From: a virus
Reading direction: 5' to 3' (one strand)
IMG/VR virus record: IMGVR_UViG_3300025674_000015
DNA length: 64,000 nt
Shown: positions 18,693-31,000 of the stretch, in pieces
Position numbering within the stretch: the first letter of the stretch is position 1
Layout: each line of letters begins with the position of its first letter
Program-made: the position numbers and the translations under genes
The notes under the pieces: model-generated
Seen by the model: only the letters and a program-made list of their open reading frames with translations
What the model was told of the DNA's origin: nothing
Databases searched by the model: none

Positions 18693-20492
18693 ATGCCAAA
18701 AATCAAGAACGTTCCCATAAATTATACCTCCAGAGAATTTAATACAATCAAACAAGATCTTGTTGATTATGCTAAAAGATATTATCCTGATACTTTTCAA
18801 GATTTTACAGATGCTAGCTTCGGCTCTATGATGCTTGACACTGTTGCTTATGTTGGAGATGTTCTATCTTTTTACGTTGATTATCAAGCAAATGAATCTT
18901 TTTTGGATACGGCTCTAGAGTATGATAATGTTATCAAGCATGGTAAGCAATTAGGTTACAAGTTCACGACAAACCCTTCGTCCTATGGTTTGGTTTCTTT
19001 GTTTGTGTTGGTTCCCGCTGCAATTGCCGGCGTCGGCCCTGACCGTGATTACATGCCGATCTTGAAAAGAGGTTCTACGTTCTCAACAGACGATGGAAAC
19101 ACCTTTACTTTAATTGAAGATGTTGATTTTGGAAGAGAATTAAATGACGTTGTTGTCGCAAATGTCGACGAAACAAACGGAAGCCCTTTAGATTATGCGG
19201 TCAAGGCTTTTGGCGTTGTTGCGTCCGGCGAATTGTTTGAACAACAAACAACGGTCGGCGCATATGAGAAGTTCCTCAGAATTGAAATGGAAGATGACAC
19301 CATTACAGATGTTATTTCAGTTTTTGACTCCGACGGTAATCAGTACTTTGAAGTTGATTATCTAACACAAAACACCGTATACAGAGATATTTCTAATACA
19401 GATTCCGGAACAGAAGGGAATCCTAGATCTATCTTGTCTCCAATTTCAGTTCCTAGAAGATTTGTTGTCGATAATGACTTGGATGGTGTTTTCTTGCAAT
19501 TTGGGCAAGGAAAAGAACAAAATGAACTTCAAGGAGTTTTAGATCCTTCGCAGTTAACCCTCCAGCTTAATGGTCGAAATTACATAACAGATAGTTCTTT
19601 TGATCCAAACAAATTAGGTTTTAGTGATAAATTGGGAATTGTTCCTTCAAATACAACGCTGACAATCACATATAGAAAGAACGTTAGCGATGATGTTAAC
19701 GCCGCTTCAAACTCTATTGTCAATCCTCAAGAGTTGGAGTTTACGTTCAGAAACGAAGAAAACTTGTCTGCCAATGAAATCCTAGCAGTACAGACTAGCT
19801 TGGAATGTACAAACGAAGAGCCGATTACTGGCGACATTTCTTTTCCAGACACAGAAGAAGTTAAAGCGAGAATCAAAGGAACGTTTGCTGCGCAGAATAG
19901 GGCAGTTACCATGGAAGATTATGTTTCTTTGATTTACCAAATGCCGGCAAAGTTTGGAGCAATCAAAAGAGCTTCAGTCATGAGAGACCCGGACTCTATC
20001 TATAGGAATATTAACGTCTATTTGATTTCAGAAGACCAAGATGGGCTTTTGACTTCTCCAAACTCTTTGATCAAAAGAAATGTCAAAACATGGCTTTCAA
20101 GCAAAAAGATGATTAGTGATACAATCGACCTATTAGATGCAAAAGTGGTCAATTTAGGGATTAATTTTTCCATATTGGCTCAAAAAGGTTTAAATAGGTT
20201 TGAAGTTTTAGATGCTGCTATCGAAGCTTTAAGAGGGAGATATAGTGATATTTATTTTGAAATTGGAGAGCCAATTTATATCACTGACATATATACAATA
20301 CTGAATGCTGTTCCCGGTGTAGTCGACACAATCGATGTTCAATTGGTTGAGAAAACCGGTGGAGTATACTCCGCAGCAACTTATGATTTTGATTCGAACA
20401 TGTCTGACGATGGAAGATATTTAAAAGTGCCAAAGAATGTTATTTTAGAGCTAAAATACCCAGATTTAGACATCAAGGGAGTTGTTAAATAA
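18693..20492 (+). CDS. gp6: Baseplate wedge subunit, T4 gp6/baseplate J-like
   Basis: INYTSREFNTIKQDL, QANESFLDTA, LQFGQG, AQNRAVTMEDY. Confidence 0.88.
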   Translation: MPKIKNVPINYTSREFNTIKQDLVDYAKRYYPDTFQDFTDASFGSMMLDTVAYVGDVLSFYVDYQANESFLDTALEYDNVIKHGKQLGYKFTTNPSSYGLVSLFVLVPAAIAGVGPDRDYMPILKRGSTFSTDDGNTFTLIEDVDFGRELNDVVVANVDETNGSPLDYAVKAFGVVASGELFEQQTTVGAYEKFLRIEMEDDTITDVISVFDSDGNQYFEVDYLTQNTVYRDISNTDSGTEGNPRSILSPISVPRRFVVDNDLDGVFLQFGQGKEQNELQGVLDPSQLTLQLNGRNYITDSSFDPNKLGFSDKLGIVPSNTTLTITYRKNVSDDVNAASNSIVNPQELEFTFRNEENLSANEILAVQTSLECTNEEPITGDISFPDTEEVKARIKGTFAAQNRAVTMEDYVSLIYQMPAKFGAIKRASVMRDPDSIYRNINVYLISEDQDGLLTSPNSLIKRNVKTWLSSKKMISDTIDLLDAKVVNLGINFSILAQKGLNRFEVLDAAIEALRGRYSDIYFEIGEPIYITDIYTILNAVPGVVDTIDVQLVEKTGGVYSAATYDFDSNMSDDGRYLKVPKNVILELKYPDLDIKGVVK

Positions 20493-22048
20493 TGGCTATA
20501 AAAAGATATTTGGCTTCGGCTGATGCGACAATCGTTAACGCATTTAAACAAGATTTATCCACTAGAGGAACGGGCTCTAATACCGGGTTATCTGACGTGT
20601 TGGAGATTTTTTCAATTTACGGCCAAGCTTCGGGAGCTAGTGGTTATAGCCAAGAATTGGCAAGATCCCTTTTGAAATTTCCTATGGCTACAATCGCAGC
20701 GGATCGAACCGCAGGAGTCATCCCAGCTTCTGGAAGTGTGTCTTTTTATTTGAAGCTTTTCAATACGGAGCACAACGAGACAATCCCTAGGAACTTTGCT
20801 CTTACTGCCGCTGCGGTTTCTGCTGACTGGGAAGAAGGCACAGGATTAGATCTTACGGAATATAGAGATGAGACATTTGATGGAGCCGGCGTAAACTGGG
20901 TTAACGCAAAGAGAGGAAGCCAGTGGACAACTCCGGGTGGAGATTATTTCACAGATTCCAAGTCTGTGTTTCATATTGATTTTGAATCGGGCATTGAAGA
21001 TATCGAAGTTGATATTACAACTTTAGCCGAACAATGGATTAACAGCCCGGGAAATGTCCTAGGTTCCAAAACTAACTACGGAATCGGTCTGAGGTTGACC
21101 GGTTCTCAAGAGGCATATGCCGCAAGCAGCATCGCAAACGCAGTTGTGCAAAACTTAACAGGCGCAACAGAATCTTATTATACTAAGAAGTTTTTTGCTA
21201 GAGGTAGTGAGTTTTTCTTTAAAAGGCCGGTTTTGGAAGCTAGATGGGATTCTTCTGTAAAAGACGACAGAGGAAATGCTTATTTTTCTGCTTCTTATGC
21301 ACCAGCCGCTGAAAACTTAAACACTCTTTATCTTTACAACTATGTTCGTGGAAGGTTGAGAAACATTCCTAGCATCAATACCGGTGAGATTTGGGTTAGT
21401 TTGTACTCCGGTTCTTCTGATGATACAGCGCCTTCTGGTTCGAAATTAGAGCTTCCAATTGGCGGTGGCGTTGCTGCTAATTTGGATACAAACATAATTG
21501 GGGGGTGGATTTCAACCGGTGTTTATACAGCTTCTTTTGCAGTTACGGGTTCACCATCTTCAATTTCTACGCTTTATGATGTGTGGCACTACAACAGTGT
21601 AGAGTATAAAACGGGCTCTTTTTCAATTCAAAGTTTCGATAACTATGAAATTGCCCCAACTGACAAATATGTCATGAACATTACAAACTTAAAGCAAGTT
21701 TACTCAAAAGATGAGACAGCAAGATTTAGATTGTTTGTCAGGAGAAAAGACTGGTGTCCAACAATTTATACTAAAGCTAGATTGAGTCCGCCGGTTCAAA
21801 TTGTTCCAAGCGCTTCTTACAAAATTTTAAGAGTGGTTGACAACTATGAAGTTGTTGCTTATGGGACTGGCTCTGATTTGCACACAAAACTTTCATATGA
21901 TTTATCTGGTAGTTATTTTGATTTTGATATGTCCATGTTGGAAAAAGACTTTTCATATGGCATAAAGTTTTCATTTTACAATGATTCTATTGGCTCTTGG
22001 GAAGAGCAACCTTTCATTTTTAAATTTAGAGTGGATGACGAAATATGA
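20492..22048 (+). CDS. Virion structural protein (baseplate/tail), rich in S/T-G/A-S
   Basis: Coupled to the gp6-like gene; beta-rich composition. Confidence 0.7.
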   Translation: MAIKRYLASADATIVNAFKQDLSTRGTGSNTGLSDVLEIFSIYGQASGASGYSQELARSLLKFPMATIAADRTAGVIPASGSVSFYLKLFNTEHNETIPRNFALTAAAVSADWEEGTGLDLTEYRDETFDGAGVNWVNAKRGSQWTTPGGDYFTDSKSVFHIDFESGIEDIEVDITTLAEQWINSPGNVLGSKTNYGIGLRLTGSQEAYAASSIANAVVQNLTGATESYYTKKFFARGSEFFFKRPVLEARWDSSVKDDRGNAYFSASYAPAAENLNTLYLYNYVRGRLRNIPSINTGEIWVSLYSGSSDDTAPSGSKLELPIGGGVAANLDTNIIGGWISTGVYTASFAVTGSPSSISTLYDVWHYNSVEYKTGSFSIQSFDNYEIAPTDKYVMNITNLKQVYSKDETARFRLFVRRKDWCPTIYTKARLSPPVQIVPSASYKILRVVDNYEVVAYGTGSDLHTKLSYDLSGSYFDFDMSMLEKDFSYGIKFSFYNDSIGSWEEQPFIFKFRVDDEI

Positions 22049-25000
22049 GCTTAAAAAAATACTTTGCCGAAGGTTATAGCAAGAACAGCTTGCCGAATAC
22101 CGGTGATCAAGTAAAGAGTGAAGTAGAATCTTTAAAGTACATAAAAGCAAGATCAGAAGAAAATAACAAGTTTATACCTCATGTTGATTTTAGTTCGGCA
22201 TCGAACTTTGCTAGGTACGGATCAGCAGAAAAGTATTATGAAGATGCCTTTACGCATATCTATCAAGAATATCCCTATGATGGCTCTCTCAAAGAAAAAA
22301 CAGAGTGGGACAACTCTCTTTTGTTTGTGGATCGGTATGTTTTTGACAATCTCTATCCTAGAACAACTGGCTATGTAAAGCTCGGTGAAGAATATGGAAC
22401 ACTAGAAGCTTCCGTATCAGATTATGGTGGCGTTCCAACTGCATCATATGAATACATTCGAATCAATGGTGGTCCTAATTTATATTTTGAACCGCCGGGA
22501 GAAAGAGACCTTCCTGCTTCAACTTATCTGAAATTGGATAATGCAAACCGATTTAAACTGGACGAAGGTAGATCTTCAAACTTAAACTTTGATCTTAGCA
22601 GCGCGAAAAGCGGCTCTACTGTTGAGTTTTGGATGCACAAACAAGCCATGGTATCCAACTCTACAACAAACAGAGAAGTTATTTTCGATCTGTGGAATGG
22701 TCATAATTCGCAATCTGCCGACTATGGCCGTTTGACAATTGAAATGCAAACAGTCGACACGACAAATCCACTTTTCAAAGTTACGGCGCAGTCCGGCTCT
22801 CCGGCCTCTGGATTCTTTAGCCAAGACATTGGAACATTAACCAGAAACGATGTTATTGAAACAACTGCACATTACGCTTTTGCTTTTAAGAACGAAGATT
22901 CAAGTATCAAAGTTAGCTTTTATCACAATGGAGAGCTTAACGAAGAGAAGCTCCTAGGAACGAGCATAAATGCCGTTACAGGAGCGATGAGAGCAAATAT
23001 CGGGTCACTGGTCCATTCTCCTTCCGGAACGGCATATATGCCCTCTGTAGTTGGTTCTGAGACTATGAATGGCTGGGGTAAGTTGTCGGCTTCTTTGGAT
23101 GAGTTTAGATACTGGAGATCTGAAAGAGACGCTAAAGAGATCAAAAGATATTATAGAACCCAAGTTGGCGGTGGAACAAACACAGATTTTGACAAACATG
23201 ACAAATTCAGCCCTGTGGAGTTGGGCGTTTACTTTAAATTTAATGAAGGAATTACGCAGACTTCAAGCGTTGATTCTGTTGTTTTGGATTATTCCGGTCG
23301 CGTTTCAAACGGAGTTTGGACAGGATATGCTCAATCTAGCCGAGACACCGGTTCTCTCATTGATAATGCTTCAATTAATGATGTTGCCGAGTTTAAAGAT
23401 CCAATCATTTATTCTTTTCATCCGACAGTTGTTTCAAAATTAGATGAATTGAAAACAGAAGGGCGAATGCATGATCAGCAAAATACAGCCCTTCTTTACA
23501 ATAATTTTCCAAGTTGGATGCTTCAGGAAGACAGTGAATCAACTTTGTATCGCTTGACGCAAATTATTGGTAGTTACTTTGACAATCTTCATTTACACGT
23601 CGAAGCACTTCCTAGGCTTAAAGATACAACTTATCCTTCTGCTAGTTTCAAGCCGAGACCCTACGGAGAAAAGCTATTAGATTCCGTTGGTTTAGATGCA
23701 CCGGAGCTTTTTATTGATACCAAATTGATAGAAATCTTTGAAGCTCGCGACGAAAAGGTAATTTACGAAAAAGATCTTTCTGAAGTAAAGAACTTGATCT
23801 ATCAAAATATCTACAACAACTTGGTCAACATTTATAAATCTAAAGGAACAGAAAACTCTTTTAGAAACTTGATTCGATGTTTTGGTGTTGATAGCGAGAT
23901 CTTAAACGTTAATATCTATTCTGATAACGATGTATATACTTTTGAAGAAAACTATAAACCAAACTCTGTAAGAAAAACTTATCTAGATTTTAATGGCGCT
24001 GGTACATTCGATTCTTACGCAGCGACCGTTTACCTTACCGCGTCCGCAACGGATGCCCTCGCCGGGCCGGGATACATCTCTGCATCAAATGATTATAGAA
24101 TGTATTACATTCCGTTCTCCATGGAATCGGATGTTATATTTCCTAGAAAAGTTTCGCAACTTGGAGAGTTGGGCTTTAGAAGCTCCACTTTTCTAAGTTC
24201 TTCTATTTTTGGTTTACACTTGGCAGATCCGGATACGCACGGAAGCGATACGACTTGGCCGTCATACGATCAAGATCTAAGAGTATATGCTGTCCGTTCC
24301 GGTGGCTCTTCTAGAAATGCTAAGTTTGTTTTGACCGGTAGTTTACAGTCCGGAGCTTCTTCTGTTTTAATCGAAACAGACACTTATTTAGATGTTTATG
24401 ACGAAGCTAAATGGAACTTTGCAGTCAGGTTAAAACATGAGGACTTTCCCTATACAAATGGAATTGATGGAACTGTAGATCCTAGCAAGAAGTATGTTCT
24501 TGAGTTTTACGGAGCAGCTTTTGAAGCAGGGTTTATTAGACAAAGCTTCCATAAGTCAGCTAGTATTGAACTGGGAACGCCAGTTCAAGACATTTTAAGA
24601 AAGCCGAAAAGACCTTATATCGGGGCTCACAGAACAAACTTCACTGGCTCAGTGCAAGAGTATTCTGATGCCAAGATTGGTTCCTTTAGATTCTGGCAAT
24701 CTTATCTAGATAATGAAGCTGTTCAGGCACATGCCAGAGATCCTAGGAATGTTGGAAGCCTGAACCCTTCCAAAAATGCTTTCTTTTTAGATGATTCCCT
24801 TACGGGTTCGAATATCCCACAGATTGAAACTTTGGTCATGAATTGGGAGTTTCAAAAAGAAAATAACCTGACCTCCTCTGCTGGAGGTGTTATAGAAGAC
24901 ATCTTAGATTGGTCTTCTGGCTCAACTGAGACAAAATACGATACTCAGCATAAGTTTTTAGGCGCTATCCTTAATAGGGCGCATACAGGGCGTGGTTTTG

Positions 25001-28000
25001 GTTTTTCTGGAAGCTCCGGACAAATGTTCAAAGACGAATATGTTTTTGTACATGAGCAGCAACCAATTGAAACGGTGAATTCAGATTCAACAGTTAATAT
25101 TTTGTCGGAAGATGATGAACTTTTTACAAGAGACTCTCGACCGGTAAAACACGTTGTTACCGTAGAAAAAAGTATGAACCGCGTTGTTTCAAATGAAATG
25201 CTCAAATACTTTGGAAGTATGAAGGATTTGAACAATATTGTTGGAGAACCCGTCAACCGATATAGAAAAGAATATAAAGCACTTTCGAAAATAAGGCATT
25301 TGTTCTACGAAAAAGTGCAAAACACACCCGATATTGACAAGTTTTTGGATTTTTACAAGTGGTTGGACTTTTCTGTCAACTACATGGTTTCCCAGTTAAG
25401 TCCGGCATCGGCTCAAGTTTCTGCTGAATTTGGAGATGTGATTGAGAGTCACATTCTGGAAAGAAACAAATATCATAACAAGTTTCCTTCTATGAAGGAC
25501 GCTTTGCCTAAAAAGCCTTTAAGTGCTGTTCCTAAGTTGTCTAGGCCGGGGAGGTCTTTTTTGACTTCTCCCATTGACCCGGGCAGCTTCCCTTCGCAAA
25601 TTAAAGACCTTCACTGGTGGAAATACAAAGCGAGAAAAGCAGACATTGGTAACTCATCCGGAGATGCTGTTGTCGACGCAGATCGACAAACCATCGGAGA
25701 TTCTATAACACAAACCATGGAAAGGCAAGACACTGCCTTACTTAAAAACTTTGAAGTCTCAGATCACTCTTCGCCTAGATATTCCATCCATGGTGGAATC
25801 AACTACCCGCTGGCTAAAAAGACGGATTATATCTTATCTGCGGTTAGGCCCCATGGTCCGGCAATTGATGTCTCCGGGATGCTACTTCCATTGAATGCTA
25901 TGACAATTGCATCTAGCAGTATTACAGCCAGTTTGAACAAGTTTAATGCCAATACTGACTTTGCTTTGGATTTTCCAAATGCAAAAAGAAGAATTCAATT
26001 CAAAGCAATTAACCAAAGAGAAGATGAAAATTCCACAGACAAGTCATATGCATCGGCTAAAGGAGATATTTTTGCACCATTTAGCCTTTTTAGTGGAACT
26101 GTAGAAACTGGATATAACAAAGAAGTTGTTGATGAATTCGCTTCAGGCGTTGTTTTGACAAACTTGCATTCTGACGATTACGGCTCGCATGGCGAAACGC
26201 CGGTTCAAGGGCCATTTACATTTGCACATGTTGGCGGTAGAAAGCACAGACATGTCCGTCCGAACCGTTCAAGCTCTTACGACAACTTTACAACCACAAA
26301 CGGCTTAGATGATGAAAGAACTAGGCCGGAAGCGTTCAAACTTCTTCTTGGCGCAGAGTCTTCAACAACCGGTGAAACCGGCTTGATCGGCTTAGTTGGG
26401 CCGGATTATCCCGCATTGGACGATACTTTGTATCCGGATGTCGATACAGCCTTTTCGACTTATTATCGAAATACATTGTCGAAAAGACCATTGAACATTA
26501 GAAATATTTCATATAATACTAGTTCGGCAATTTTAGGAAACTATCGTTCCAATCACGAAGTTGTGAACACAACTGGTAGAAAAGAAAATAACTTGTATTT
26601 CAGGCTGAATGGCGCATCAGCTAGCTATTCTCCTTCTGCTTATTTAACAGGTGTTGTTGATTTTGAACTACCTGATCGCTCTTCGAAGAAAACAAAATCT
26701 GTTTTTGTTAGTAGGTTCTCTGCTCCCGGCGGTCCGGAAGTGAATGCAAGAGGCTTCTTGGACTTGGAAGCTGAAGAGTATTCTGTATATAACGCACTTC
26801 CTTATAGAAACTTGACTGTTAGGCAACCTTTAAATCAACTTCTTTCTCAGCATGCTGGGCCTTTTGGCTTGAATTGGCTGAACGGCGTTGAGGGCGGTCA
26901 TTTCCCAGCTATTAACCAAGGTGGGAATATATATGCGCCATTCCCAAATCCCGCAGCAGAGTTTCTTTCAACTTCTAGTTTGGACGGGAGTCAAGTTGCT
27001 TCTTTCCACAAGGTTAATAGAAACCGAGGAAGAAAGCTTATTTTAAGCGGAACTGCCGGAACAACCGTAGTTTCAGCTAGCCAGTTTGATAACGCATTTA
27101 TTACTCATCCGATTCCAAGAAGCGATTTGCAATATTCTTGGATTACAGCTTCGGCAGAGTATTCTAGATATCTAGGACACGCCCCTGCTGATGGTTATTA
27201 TTTTATTACAACTGCTGGTGAGATTCCGGCTATTGAGTTTTTGACCGGAAGCGATAGAGAAGAGACACCAGATTTTGCCGGGATCAATAGATTTCTATAT
27301 GAAACAGTTGATACGGAAACCAACACGGTTGGTGAATTACCCTCTGAAAGCGATATAAACAAGCTTATTTTGCATCGCGGAGGCCCATATGGATATCCAA
27401 GCTGGAAACAAGTCCGGCAGGGCCAGCATGCTATCATTAGAGAGCAAAATAAAAAGAGCGTCTTTTCTTTAACGGACGATCCTGTAACTGTGTCGGGAGA
27501 TGGATATATCCTCAAACCGGCTAGGGAAACAATAACAAACTTCACAGAATCAGCAGTATCTTTTAATAATAGACCAATGCAAGTTGAGCTTAGGTTTAGA
27601 GATAGTGATTATAACTTTAAGTTTTCTTATGGAAACTTTAAAGAGTTGTTTAAGTCGGCAGAAGTTAACAAAAGACTCAAAAACTTTAATCCTAGTTTCA
27701 ATCTAGATCCGGAAGTTAAGCCGTATGAGACGATCAAAAAGCTTTCTCAAGATCCGGAAGTTGCGATTACAAAACTTGTATATTCAGAAGGTGTTTTCCC
27801 CAAAGAAGAAAACGCCGGCTTGAATAGAACTAGGGATAAAGAAGATTATGCCGAAATTGCCGGAACAGGCTCTAACGGATATGACAGGATTTCTCTGGAT
27901 AGAAGAAAGTTTTGGGGTGCAGACGATGATCGCTTAAGAACTAGCGAATCAACTGTAACCAGAAAGCCTCATACACATGCAGCATCCGGCTCGTACTTAA

Positions 28001-31000
28001 ACTCCTTGGGTTACAAATATGGCTCTAGCGTGTGGCCTTTGGAGCTTTCTGTTTATCCAACTGGAACTGTGTATGATGATTTTGTAGGTTTCTTGCCGGC
28101 CCCAGCGCCGGCTATACAAGAATATCACTCTTACGCTGCTGGGGCTGCATATGTAACAGGAAACCTAAAAACGGTAGCCGGCGGTGCTTTTGGAGAGTTG
28201 CATATCTCCTTGGGAGCAGGTGACCGATCTGGCGCACAGCTTACTCTCTCTCCTTTACCAGCTGTTACAGGAAACAATATTATACTAGATCCAAACCTGA
28301 AAGGTATGTTTGGAACAGTCAACTACCATGGTGGTGAGTCGCCGCTAGGTTCAGATGAAAGGCTTTTGCTAGCGTATAAATACCCAACAGCGTCTATTTT
28401 TTATTCTTATCTTCCGGAGTTAGGATTTTCGTCTTCTGCTGAGTTTGTATTCCCACACCGGGTTCACGAGCAAGCAGGGAGATATCCGTGGTATGATACA
28501 TATCAAGATTACGCAGACGAATTGAGAAGGTTAGGTAAAGGCTATTCTATTTTACCAGAATATAAAATGAGTGAAAACATTGACACTCTTCTAGATTCTG
28601 CCAATTTGTTTAAAAATAATAAAATGTTGACATTGGCAGGGGCAGGTGATGTTACATCTAGCGCACATGCTAGTGGTAGCACAGAATTGGAAAGATTTTT
28701 TAAAGAATATTCGCATTCTGACTTTTTATCAGAGTTTTCTGACGTAAAACAGGACTTTTCTAACTTTTCTTTAGAAAAACTAACCCTTAAGTGTAAAGGT
28801 GTAAAAAAGATTTTGCCTTATAACGGTTTTTATCCTGTTACTAGAACAACACAATTGGCTTCTTTGTTGTCTCAATCGGTAGCTCCATACCTTTCAGGTT
28901 CTTATTATGGTAGTGCTCATGCAGATCCAAATGCACAGTTTGCCTTTACAGAAAGGCCGTTAAGCGGTGCATTGGCTGTGCAGTCGTTGATGCAACCTTT
29001 CTTCGCACCGGGCATTATGTATAACACAATCAAATCCGGAATCGCTTGTGATTGGCCTTCATATACCGGTTCTTTGGATCTTTTAGATACGGAACAGATA
29101 CAAACGCCGGCATTGTTCGCGGTATCCTTCATAGCAACACAAGCACCAAACTATAGAATTCCATTTGAAATTATGACAGACTTGGAGTTTGAAAAGGCAT
29201 TACCAGAAGAAGAAGTTTATTTATTTGCACCAGACAAGGTTAATCCAAAAGATCCGACTGCTGCTGCAAATGATAATCCATTTTTAAGATATCCCTTCTT
29301 CAAGCTAACCAAAGAAAGGATTAGTAAAAGAAGGCCGAACTTTGAATTAGCTTCACAAAACTTTTTTGGAGAGGTGCCAAAGTTCTTTTTGGACGGTGGA
29401 AAATTAAACTATTTTAAATCAAAAAGAAACAAAGAGTTTAAACCTTTTGTTTCCGGAAACACATATTATATGGATGTAAAGCTGTATAAGACAGATAATT
29501 TTGACATGATCAGGAGTGCAGTTTCTGGAGTTGTTTATAACTCACTAGACGCTGTTAACCCAACAGATGGGAACATCAATGATCGGCCCCGTTCTTATCA
29601 TGGTAGGTATTTCGGCCCGCCAATGCAATATCACACAAACTCACTAGGAGTGATTGTCCATAGAGGTTTGGAGTATTCTGATCCTGCATATGCACCTTTT
29701 ACTCCTCCTTATTTCTATGGAGAATCAAAAGTTACAGTTGCATACACAGCAGATAAAGAAAACCCAACAGTGGAAGAGATTCTTTCAAAAGCAACTTATA
29801 CATATACAAACTCTGCTTTGAATGGGGATTACGCCGGTTCCGGCTCGGACGTTGGCATATTTAAAAGATTGCAGGCGACTGGCTCTTTTCACCCGCCGGT
29901 TGATTATGTTTCAGCGGCTCAAAAGGCTATGATGAATATTAGTTCATCTGTGAATCTTAGAGGGCGAAAGATAGAGTCAAAACAAGAGAGAGACACGTCC
30001 GGTGGCACAATCACGTTTAAAACCTTAGATGGAACTCCCGGAGAAGATGATGTTTGGGTTATCTCTCCAAAATTCGAGTGCCCAACCCTAAACTTCTCAG
30101 GTTCGCCAGAACAGCACCCGGCAGAATACAGCGGTGCAGTGGGGATGTGGTCTTCTTACGGAACAGAACCTTTGGCCGGCCAAGGAATCTTTTTGGAATT
30201 AGGAGACACTTACACTAAGGGTCTAGTAGCAGAGAATACAGGCTCTCTTATCGAACAGTGCGGCTTTGATTCTTCAAATGATAAATTTGGGAATGAAGGT
30301 TTTGACGCAACAACATTGAAAAGAAGAATAGGAAGGGTGGCAAAATCAAAGAAAATTTCAGAAGCAATTGTTGCAATTCCTTTCTTTGAAAAGGAAATCA
30401 AGCAAATTAGCTTGAATTTGGAACAAAAAAGTTCAACACCTTCATCTATGTTTTCGACTGTCACTAGAGATGAATACAATGGTCGTCACTTTGTTGGAAT
30501 CAACAAAGAAGTTTTTAACGTGCAAAGAAGAAACGTTTTGGACTTCAACTCCCCTGCTTTGAAAAAAGGATTTTCATTTAAAGGAGAGACTTTGGAACAA
30601 GATATCAAAAATACTTCGGTATCAAACATGATCAAGAAAATGAATAAGTTTGTTATTCCGCCACAGTTTGATTTCTTGAATTTTGATTCGATTGATCCAT
30701 TTGTAATGTATATCTTTGAATTTGAAGCAGAGCTTAACAAACAAGATCTTTCTGACATTTGGCAAGGAGTTATGCCGGCTCCAAGAAAGAACAATGGCTT
30801 TGCAGCAGAACTTCAAGAAGTTGAAATTAGCCATGGCTTCTCAAAGTTCGAATTTTATGAAGGAAATCAAAACTTCTTGTTCGGGCAAAAGGATAATAAA
30901 GTAAGGTGGCTGGTATTTAAAGTTAAACAGAGAGCAGAAAAGTTTTATGCAAACATAGCAGATCCTCAATATATTGATGGAGAGAAGAAGCTGGTTAAGA